Positions 1-7,417 of a DNA stretch of 52,359 nucleotides are shown in pieces (the first letter of the stretch is position 1; every line of letters starts with the position of its first letter). This stretch comes from a virus. Lineage: Duplodnaviria; Heunggongvirae; Uroviricota; Caudoviricetes. The DNA lies in IMG/VR virus record IMGVR_UViG_2706795377_000001, positions 1-52,359 of that record; one strand, written 5' to 3'. The notes under the pieces were generated by a model. The model searched no databases and was not told the DNA's origin. It saw only the letters and a program-made list of their open reading frames with translations. Both the position numbers and the translations under genes were made by a program.

Positions 1-160
1 GTTCGACTCGTCAGGCATTGAATTATAAGGGACGAAACGACTTCATATATTAATGTAAAACAGACACACAAAAACACACGCACATAGGAGAAAAAATCAA
101 AATGAATAAATATGCATTTTTGATGCATAAAAATACATTTACATAAAATACCATTCTAAT

Positions 161-221
161 TGATAATGATTTTCGATTTCATTTTCATAATGGTTTTCAT
201 TTCCATTGAGAGTGATTATCA
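161..221. promoter_or_regulatory. Three near-consensus Fur boxes
   Basis: TGATAATGATTTTCG (161-175), TCATAATGGTTTTCA (185-199), TGAGAGTGATTATCA (207-221) versus Bacillus consensus TGATAATnATTATCA: 2, 3 and 2 mismatches; starts 24 and 22 bp apart. Confidence 0.65.
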
Positions 222-464
222 TTCTATTTTCACATAACTAGAATTCTGTGAACGGTTTTTAAGGTGGTACGGGGGGTGGTTTACAGGAAAATATTGATAA
301 TGATTATCAATATCGGCACGAACACACCCAGACAGCAACTCGACGCCCTCTTCGATACGACCGAAATCCTTATCGTAATCACGATAGAGCCTCATCGTTT
401 GTTCTGCTGAATGTATATGATATTCATCCTTTCCATCTTCACCACTTTTCAATCCCATATCCAT
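219..464 (-). CDS. Hypothetical protein (81 aa), doubtful in its 3' half
   Basis: ORF with plausible upstream purine-rich RBS, but it runs over a perfect Fur box and an inverted repeat. Confidence 0.3.
   Translation of the reverse strand: MDMGLKSGEDGKDEYHIHSAEQTMRLYRDYDKDFGRIEEGVELLSGCVRADIDNHYQYFPVNHPPYHLKNRSQNSSYVKIE
227..254. other. Imperfect 11-6-11 inverted repeat resembling a tyrosine-recombinase core site
   Basis: TTTTCACATAA-CTAGAA-TTCTGTGAACG; arms match those of the 8462-8486 palindrome. Confidence 0.45.
291..313. promoter_or_regulatory. Perfect Fur box
   Basis: TGATAATGATTATCA at 295-309 inside the 11-1-11 palindrome ATATTGATAAT-G-ATTATCAATAT. Confidence 0.85.
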
Positions 465-526
465 ACCTTCTAACCTCTTCTCGACGATAGTTCTGAAATC
501 TTTTTCTAAGAGGGGAACGACAAGAG

Positions 527-539
527 CTAAATAAAGTAC
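527..539 (+). promoter_or_regulatory. Repeated operator-like motif, copy 1
   Basis: CTAAATAAAGTAC; GAG prefix shared with the copies at 6086 and 12166. Confidence 0.6.
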
Positions 540-602
540 TTATTATAAATATTCCATTCTCGTCTATTCCCCTGTCTTTTATTCATCATCTCTCGATGAT
601 TT

Positions 603-911
603 CTACCAGTTTCTTATCAATCTGCATGACTCTACCATTATGTTCCAAGTTAAATCTCTCCAAGTCTCGCCTACTACTTCTATTTCTTTTCCTACTATAT
701 TATTATGCCAATCATACTTAACCTCTTTAAACCGTAACTTCTTAGCACCAGTGTGCAACTTATTTTTTATAGGTTTAATAAGAGAGTAGACTGTATCGAC
801 ATTCTTTCCCTCAGTAAGCGTAATGGCTCCATTATCAATTTTAAGAATGTAGTCCCATCCTCCAAGATGACCTCGCTCTGAATAGGAGCCTGTCCCATAT
901 GTTAATTCCAC
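603..911 (-). CDS. Hypothetical protein (102 aa), possibly longer at the 5' end
   Basis: GTG start after AGGGAAAG; the frame stays open upstream. Confidence 0.5.
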   Translation of the reverse strand: MELTYGTGSYSERGHLGGWDYILKIDNGAITLTEGKNVDTVYSLIKPIKNKLHTGAKKLRFKEVKYDWHNNIVGKEIEVVGETWRDLTWNIMVESCRLIRNW

Positions 912-1340
912 ATCTTTCCCTACTTCAATAGCAAAGAGAATTTCGTTCAGAACATCAGATTTCTTCTTTTCGTTATAACGCGAACTAGACCATTTGATAA
1001 GTTTTGATAAAATTCGCCTTAGTAGCTTTGATATCCATAATACTCCACCACCATGTATATTAACTTAAAAACATGTCTACAATGATAGCAAGGTCATTAT
1101 GTCGCTTCTGTAGTGATTTGGGAGATTTGGCTGACATGCTTCAAATGTGTCCCTAGAGCCATTTCGCCTAAGTCCTATAAGGGGTAAGCTGATGCTCTAA
1201 AGGGACACGTAGAGCGTGACGCAAGCTAGAATCTGTTTTGACCAACAGACCGACATAATTGAAAGTACAGCAGTACTTAATAAGGTTCCAAACAACCATC
1301 TCTTAAAGTGTCAAAACGGACGAGGGATGGTTTGTCATGC

Positions 1341-2717
1341 TCAAAATGGTCTATCTTCATCATATCTCAATTTCTTCACAATTTGCTCCTGTGCCTGTCT
1401 CTTCTGTTCTTCTCTTTCCTTAATTTTTTTGAGCGTCTGCTCAATTTCTTCTTCACGTCTACGATTGTATTCGTCTAATAGATAGCATTGCTTCGTATAC
1501 TTGTGATAACTTTCGTCAAGATGTTTTTTACCATAAGCATCTAAATAATTATATTTTTCTTCCAGAACCGCCAGAACATGCTTCTTAACCATATCTAAAC
1601 TGGCATAAGGACACTTACGTAAATAGATGTCTTCTAGGGTAGGAATTTCTGATTTTGCTTGTTCAAGATGCTCTTTATTTAATTGCTCTACTTTGTTCAA
1701 TTTGTTCATGAAGCCAGCTTCAACCCCATGAGGAATAGGTTTATTCAATTTTGTAGATAACTTTTCATTTCTAGGGCTATTAGGAACAGCACTCGCATTC
1801 CTTCTGGAAATGCTGATAGAACGTTCTTCAACATCGTAACCTTCCATATGAAAAGAAGCCAGTGAATGAAAAAATGTTTCTCTTGCACTCTTATAAGCAA
1901 AGGCACACATTTCATCGACAGAAAGGTCTTGATTACTATGTTGACGCTCTTTCCATATTTGCCAAATTCGTTTGCAAATATTTGCTCCCATAGTGATTAA
2001 ATCATTTTTTTGAAGGACAGACTGTTTGATAGACTTCCATGCTTGTGTAATTTTCTGCCAGATATTTCTAAGTCTAAAGTCGAAAATATTGGCATATAAT
2101 TCATTAATCTCTTGTGGAACATATTTAATAAACTTTTTGGATGAAGAATCCGTTTTTACATTTGATTGTAAATCCATTTTTTGATGGTGAAGAGAAGCTA
2201 AAAGCAAGGTAGAAAGATTTTTAGAGTCTTCATCCTTAGAGTCGCAAGGGATTTCGAAGCTTTCAGCTTTCTCATTTGCTTTCTCTTCTGGTTTCCACTT
2301 TAAATTCAGATATGTATTGTAGTGCTGGAAGTATGGGTGTTCAGTAAAAAAGTGTACGGGGCATCCCAAGCCGTTCTGTTTACGAGATGTACGATTGACC
2401 TTTACTAGAACATTTGACTCCCTCATAGCCTTTAACGCTTTATAGATAGTAGACTTGCCGATTCCTGACTTAGTAGCGATATGTTCTGGACTAGCATAGA
2501 AATAGCCTTTCTCAACTGATAGAAAGCACAAGTAGTCTACAGCTTGTCTAGTCTTCTGGTTAAGATTGAACCACACATCACCAAATACACGCTCCACAGC
2601 GTCTATCAAGGCGTATTTGAGTGATTTCTTACTGTTTTCGTCATTAGGAGCCACATATGGCTTCATATGAGTCAAATAATCGAACTCTAAACTAGTAATT
2701 TTACGATTTTGGGTCAT
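1341..2717 (-). CDS. rep: Putative replication initiator (N-terminal wHTH, charged helical C-terminus)
   Basis: HTH-like ASPEHIATKSGIGKSTIYKALKAMRESNVL followed by NGLGCPVHFF; lies next to DnaD-like and par genes; start placed at MTQNRK (ORF track begins at 2807). Confidence 0.65.
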   Translation of the reverse strand: MTQNRKITSLEFDYLTHMKPYVAPNDENSKKSLKYALIDAVERVFGDVWFNLNQKTRQAVDYLCFLSVEKGYFYASPEHIATKSGIGKSTIYKALKAMRESNVLVKVNRTSRKQNGLGCPVHFFTEHPYFQHYNTYLNLKWKPEEKANEKAESFEIPCDSKDEDSKNLSTLLLASLHHQKMDLQSNVKTDSSSKKFIKYVPQEINELYANIFDFRLRNIWQKITQAWKSIKQSVLQKNDLITMGANICKRIWQIWKERQHSNQDLSVDEMCAFAYKSARETFFHSLASFHMEGYDVEERSISISRRNASAVPNSPRNEKLSTKLNKPIPHGVEAGFMNKLNKVEQLNKEHLEQAKSEIPTLEDIYLRKCPYASLDMVKKHVLAVLEEKYNYLDAYGKKHLDESYHKYTKQCYLLDEYNRRREEEIEQTLKKIKEREEQKRQAQEQIVKKLRYDEDRPF

Positions 2718-2951
2718 TCTGCTCTTAATTAGGCAATAATTAAAGATATGCATGGCAAATAAGCGTTTTTCAAAGAAAAAACAGCAAAAAATAGCAAAAA
2801 CAGTCATAAATGAACGAATTTAAATAATTTTTCGTACAATTATGACTGTTAGGCATGAGAAATAGCAACTTTTTAAGGGTTTTTGACTTCTTTTGGGAGA
2901 TTTTTTATCTCGTTTATCCAAATATTTGTAAGTCAAATAAGCCTTTATCAG

Positions 2952-2980
2952 TTGATTTTTCAACGCATTATTAGTATAAT
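2952..2980 (+). promoter_or_regulatory. SigA-type promoter antisense to the rep leader
   Basis: TTGATT-N17-TATAAT. Confidence 0.6.
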
Positions 2981-3135
2981 AAAGGTACGAAATCAGATAT
3001 TTACTTTTGGAAGGGGTAATATCTGTAATTGGAACTACGATTAAGATTTGCCATTTGTTTGCTCCTATCGTACTGCTAATACGATTAGGGGCTATCTTTT
3101 TGCCTAATTTTCCTCCTTCCATATATTGATGAGGG

Positions 3136-3172
3136 TACGCCCTGAATTCTTCTGCTAAAAGAACAGGGCGTA
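3136..3172. terminator. Hairpin, probable terminator
   Basis: TACGCCCTG...CAGGGCGTA just past the stop of 3177..3521. Confidence 0.55.
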
Positions 3173-3176
3173 AAGT

Positions 3177-3521
3177 TTAACTTGTCAGTTGTTCGTATCT
3201 ATTAGCCATATCTATCATTGGCTTGAAATTATAAATAGTCCTATTTTCTCTTTTAATGACTTTTGTCTCTAGTAACCCTTTATTTTTAAGGTCAGCAATC
3301 ATTACTTGCACGTTTCTAGTAGACATGTCCAGCATCTCTGCCAGTTCAGATTGATGAGGAACTTCCTTCCCCTCTTTTTGCAATGTCTCGATAAGGCAAT
3401 AGAGCGACCATTCATTTGGTTTTATACCAATTTTGATGTAGTTCTTTAATAGACTCTTCGGGAACCCTATTGCTTCCTCGGAATCGTTCAACTGCTCTAT
3501 TAGATTTTTAATAACGCTCAT
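3177..3521 (-). CDS. DnaD N-terminal-domain-like winged-helix protein (114 aa)
   Basis: LLKNYIKIGIKPNEWSLYCLI...PHQSELAEMLDMS...KGLL...YNFKP follows the pattern of the B. subtilis DnaD N-domain; RBS GAAGGGAAGGTG upstream of ATG 3521. Confidence 0.65.
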   Translation of the reverse strand: MSVIKNLIEQLNDSEEAIGFPKSLLKNYIKIGIKPNEWSLYCLIETLQKEGKEVPHQSELAEMLDMSTRNVQVMIADLKNKGLLETKVIKRENRTIYNFKPMIDMANRYEQLTS

Positions 3522-3633
3522 TGAACGGTTCACCTTCCCTTCTGTCAACACTATCAGTCATTTCTTTTGTCTTAGGGCAATCTTAACACACAGGAAAATC
3601 TGTGTAAATAGGGTTAAACGCAAAAATTTTCAG

Positions 3634-3662
3634 TTGACAAAAATTAAATACAAACGTAAAAT
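3634..3662 (+). promoter_or_regulatory. SigA-type promoter
   Basis: TTGACA-N17-TAAAAT. Confidence 0.55.
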
Positions 3663-3809
3663 ATTATATTTTTATTATTGCACGTATAATCACATGTAAG
3701 ATTACAACTATTTTCAATATCAAAAATACAAACAAAATCATATATCTAATCAAAAACAATTTAATGAACAAAAACGATTACAAAAATGCTCTTAATTTTG
3801 AAAATGCAA

Positions 3810-4400
3810 TCAAATTTAAAAATACATGTATTCTTAGATGTGTCAATATAAATAATCTTAAATTGAAATATATTAATATAATTAAAAACACAAATAAAAA
3901 TGTTTGCGAAAATACAAATAAAAGTAATTGTATTTTTACAATATATAAATACATGTATTTATGCATGGTGGTTGCAAATAAGGATTACTTACCTTTGTAC
4001 GAATATTAATAGATTGAAAAATGTTTTTGTTATAACAAACGATTATATTTATATAAGTATAATTATGAACTATATTAATCTTATTTATACAAATAAATAT
4101 ATAATTAAAATTAAATATACAAATAAAATTAATTATATACTTACAAGTATAAATACATGTATTTATACTTGTAAAATTATTTACTAATCATTAATAGTAA
4201 TACCCGTACTTGCAAGGATATATTTAGAAATAAAGTCGTTTGCGTAAACAAAAATACAATTGCAAATAATAATGTAAACTTAAACATATATATTAATAAA
4301 AATAATAATATAAGCATTAATACAAATAATTTTGTTTGTATAAATACATGTAATTTGGATTGTACAAATACAATTAAAAATACATGTATTTATACAAGCG
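3810..4400. repeat. Centromere-like (parC/parS) array of AAATACATGTA(T)TT palindromes in a very AT-rich region
   Basis: TACATGTA at 3823, 3950, 4154, 4345 and 4381 plus many AAATACA half-sites; directly upstream of parA. Confidence 0.7.
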
Positions 4401-4408
4401 ATAATAAT

Positions 4409-4438
4409 TTGACAAACATAACTGGAAACATATATAAT
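4409..4438 (+). promoter_or_regulatory. parA operon promoter
   Basis: TTGACA-N18-TATAAT, then RBS GGGAGG before ATG 4486. Confidence 0.75.
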
Positions 4439-4485
4439 AATGGTTATAGATATAGAAACAATCATAGAATTGGGAGGACTTACAA

Positions 4486-5349
4486 ATGGCAAAAGTTATA
4501 ACCGTAGGAATCCAAAAGGGTGGTAGTGCAAAGACCACAAGTACCGCAATTTTTGCATACATATTAAGTCAGAAAGGCTATAGAGTTCTGGCGGTTGACA
4601 TGGATTCTCAAGGTAACTTGACACAAATGATTACGGAGATTGATGACGTTTACATGTTCAGAAATAAAACGGTATTAGAGGCTTTAAAAGAGCTTGATGC
4701 AAGACCATTTATCGTAAAGATGAGCGACAATTTGCACGTGCTTCCTTCCAATGATTTGCTTGCTACGTTTGCAAATTACATCTACAGTGGTAAATCATCA
4801 GCTACAAATAAAAACGTCATAATGAAAGAAACACTAGAAAGTGTAGCTGATGATTATGACTTTATTTTAATAGATACTCCACCAGCACTTGGGGAACAAA
4901 CTATCAACTCTATCTGCGCATCTGACTACGTTATTGCAATGTATGAAACCAGTAAGTTCTGTCACTCGGCTTTGCCAAGATTCTATGAAACTGTTATTCA
5001 TTGCCGAATGAGTGTGAATCCTAACCTTAAAGTTTTGGGGATGCTTAGAACACTTATTGATGGTCGCAGAACTGACAATAAATACTTAATGCAACTTGTT
5101 GAAGAAGAATATAATGGTATATGCTTTAGTAATATCATTAACCGTACCGCATCAGTTGGAAGAATCTCTATCATGGGTTTTGTAAACAATTCAGAGTTAA
5201 ACAGCGCACTATCTCAGTATGTTCAAGTAGTAGACGAAATGCTAGATAGAATAGAAAATAAACAAGACGATATGGATAAATGGGTTGAATTAATCGAGAG
5301 AAAACTGGTTGAAGAATGGAGTGACGAAGAAGACGATGAGCAAGAATAA
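4486..5349 (+). CDS. parA: ParA/Soj-family partition ATPase
   Basis: Deviant Walker A QKGGSAKTT, DMDSQGNLT, Walker B ILIDTPPALG. Confidence 0.95.
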   Translation: MAKVITVGIQKGGSAKTTSTAIFAYILSQKGYRVLAVDMDSQGNLTQMITEIDDVYMFRNKTVLEALKELDARPFIVKMSDNLHVLPSNDLLATFANYIYSGKSSATNKNVIMKETLESVADDYDFILIDTPPALGEQTINSICASDYVIAMYETSKFCHSALPRFYETVIHCRMSVNPNLKVLGMLRTLIDGRRTDNKYLMQLVEEEYNGICFSNIINRTASVGRISIMGFVNNSELNSALSQYVQVVDEMLDRIENKQDDMDKWVELIERKLVEEWSDEEDDEQE

Positions 5350-6010
5350 TTTGGAAGATAAACTCAGAAAAAAATTCGAAAGTAAAAATAGCCCACATGC
5401 CATTCTAATGGGAACTGGTACAGTAGACAATGATAAAAAACCTGACGATAAAAAGAAACAATCAAAAGAAAAAGTAGCACCGAAAATCGAAGGCAAGAAA
5501 GAGCAAGAACCATTAAAAAAGGAACCTGAACAACAAAAAAATGATGAGCCTCAGCCTTCTCAACAAGAAAATAAAAAAGAACCAGAAGGTAAAAAAGGGG
5601 AGTCAAAGCAAATAACTAGCGAAAAAACTGACAGTAAAAAGGCTCCTGATAATGATGATTCAAGTAACAAAACAAAACAGACAGAACAAGAAGAAAAGAC
5701 GGAGCAACGAAGCAGTAGAGGTGGCGGAAGAAGAAAAAAGAAGGAAGAGTCTAAATTAAAAAGTTTCAAAAGGAAAGATAAATCCTTTACTGAGAACCAC
5801 ATTCAACAATCATTCTACGTTAATACTGACATTTGGGATGCAATGGAAGAGATTCTTGTTTGGGGAGAGAAGACAAATTTTATAAACGAGGCTTTACGTA
5901 AACTACTTCTTGGCGATGAGGATTGCGTTGCATACTTGGAGTTGGAAAACAAAGAATTGCTTACTAGATTGAAAAAATTACCAACTCCATATGATTCAAG
6001 AGCCTTATAA
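5336..6010 (+). CDS. Partition partner with long charged disordered N-terminus and C-terminal ribbon-helix-helix (type Ib ParG/ParB-like)
   Basis: Overlaps the parA stop; HIQQSFYV strand followed by two helices (TDIWDAMEEI, KTNFINEALRKLL). Confidence 0.65.
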   Translation: MSKNNLEDKLRKKFESKNSPHAILMGTGTVDNDKKPDDKKKQSKEKVAPKIEGKKEQEPLKKEPEQQKNDEPQPSQQENKKEPEGKKGESKQITSEKTDSKKAPDNDDSSNKTKQTEQEEKTEQRSSRGGGRRKKKEESKLKSFKRKDKSFTENHIQQSFYVNTDIWDAMEEILVWGEKTNFINEALRKLLLGDEDCVAYLELENKELLTRLKKLPTPYDSRAL

Positions 6011-6015
6011 ATATT

Positions 6016-6042
6016 AACTCCGTCTTTGTGGCGGAGTTTTTT
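6016..6042 (+). terminator. Intrinsic terminator
   Basis: AACTCCGTC-loop-GGCGGAGTT followed by T-run. Confidence 0.8.
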
Positions 6043-6071
6043 CTTGATTCGAAAAATATGACATAATTAAG

Positions 6072-6101
6072 TTGACGATTTAGAGCTAAATAAAGTACAA
6101 T
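6072..6101 (+). promoter_or_regulatory. SigA promoter overlapped by operator motif copy 2 (6086-6098)
   Basis: TTGACG-N18-TACAAT; CTAAATAAAGTAC overlaps the spacer and -10. Confidence 0.7.
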
Positions 6102-6129
6102 ATTTTCATTGAAAATGCGAGGTGACATA

Positions 6130-6894
6130 ATGAATAAAGCAGTCCTGATAAATTGGTTAAGAATAGAAGACTCAGTAAATATTCAAATACCTAATGAAAT
6201 ATTCAAAGATTTTGATAAAGCAGATTTTAAAAGCTTCCAGCACAAATGTTTTGGTTATGCTTACTACTATCTTGCGACCTACTTATACAGAAATACTTTA
6301 TTTGGAAATAGTGACATTGAGAAATACAGTCAGCAGAAAATTGTGGAGCTATTTGTCAGTAACAACACAATAGTTTCTTATATCACTAAAAAGAATGGTC
6401 TTCTGGATAGTATAAGGTATACCAAGACCACCAATAATTATCCAACATCATTTTACGTTAACAATGGTTTACTGGAATTTAGTTATGTCAATGATTTAAA
6501 GGAAAGGATACCAGACTATACTGTAAAACACAGTCCAAGATTTTTTGTGAAGGAACCAGTAAAGGCTCTAGTTAGATTTGACAATGAGGATTTTACTGGT
6601 ACTTTTTACAGCTTTCAAAACACTCATCGAATTGATATTAAGACATTTATTGATATCATTAGTGATAAACAACTAGGACATGTTGGCTTGTATATCTATG
6701 GATATCTCTCGATGATGTGTGATAAATTTCCTTTAGGGTATCAAATATCAAATCAAAGATTTGGAGAGATTATCGGTTGCTCAGATAGAACCATAACCAA
6801 ATATACTACTCAATTAGAAAAAGAGGGATTAATAAAAAGTGAGAGGAAGCTTTTGGGGTATAAATTGTTGGAAAAAATATATAGAGTGACCTAG
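6130..6894 (+). CDS. DNA-binding protein with C-terminal winged HTH (possible second initiator or regulator)
   Basis: ISNQRFGEIIGCSDRTITKYTTQLEKEGLI; RBS GAGGTG. Confidence 0.7.
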   Translation: MNKAVLINWLRIEDSVNIQIPNEIFKDFDKADFKSFQHKCFGYAYYYLATYLYRNTLFGNSDIEKYSQQKIVELFVSNNTIVSYITKKNGLLDSIRYTKTTNNYPTSFYVNNGLLEFSYVNDLKERIPDYTVKHSPRFFVKEPVKALVRFDNEDFTGTFYSFQNTHRIDIKTFIDIISDKQLGHVGLYIYGYLSMMCDKFPLGYQISNQRFGEIIGCSDRTITKYTTQLEKEGLIKSERKLLGYKLLEKIYRVT

Positions 6895-6972
6895 TAGTCC
6901 GAAACAGGATTCCTTATTTGTATTTGTATAAGCAAATACCTTTTCATATGCATTAACAGTTTTATAATCCAT

Positions 6973-7020
6973 TTTAAATGTAAAAATACATGTATTTATA
7001 TATGCATTTTTACATTTAAA
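6973..7020. repeat. Satellite centromere-like site
   Basis: TACATGTA at 6987 inside the inverted repeat TTTAAATGTAAAAAT (6973-6987) / ATTTTTACATTTAAA (7006-7020). Confidence 0.6.
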
Positions 7021-7228
7021 TATATTTGTACTTACACATGTGTTTCCCGTACCGTTGGGTTGAAGGGAATAGGTACTGCGCATCGTGTGCATAGGACGCT
7101 ATGGTCGCCTTCTGTGGCTCGATAGTGGTATCGGAGGCATAATTGCATTCATGACGATAAAGATGGCTTATAACACCCTTGAAATGCGTGTACGAAAGCG
7201 AGAGGTACTTTATTAGGTTTTATTATAC

Positions 7229-7378
7229 TTTTCCCCAATTATGTCATTTTTCGCGGAGCCTTATATAAATAGATATATAATATACTATATATATTATCAT
7301 ATTAATAATATAGTATATAAATAATAATATTTCTCTATTTATATAAGGTGGCGAAAAAAATGACATAATTGGGGAAAA
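7229..7378. repeat. About 45-bp inverted repeats around a 60-bp AT-rich spacer (origin-like)
   Basis: 23-bp perfect outer arms (7229-7251/7356-7378), 15-bp perfect inner arms (7259-7273/7334-7348); 4 G/C in the 60-bp spacer. Confidence 0.85.
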
Positions 7379-7417
7379 AACAATTTATTACAGGGAGAAG
7401 GGCAATCTGTAACTGGA

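Noticed and set aside
1-25. GTTCGACTC resembling a tRNA T-loop at the window edge
   Set aside because: The 5' part is outside the window and the following bases do not give a typical T-stem or CCA end
2820-3122. 100-aa ORF with faint MazF/PemK-like words (STIGAN...IVVPIT)
   Set aside because: No RBS before its ATG, low-complexity tail, overlaps promoter elements; similarity too short to trust
3810-4400. Repeat array as a possible CRISPR
   Set aside because: Short palindromes with irregular spacing, no constant repeat-spacer period, no cas genes
3764-4562. Several 60-95 aa ORFs on both strands
   Set aside because: Ile/Asn/Tyr/Lys-rich translations of AT-rich repeat DNA without RBS
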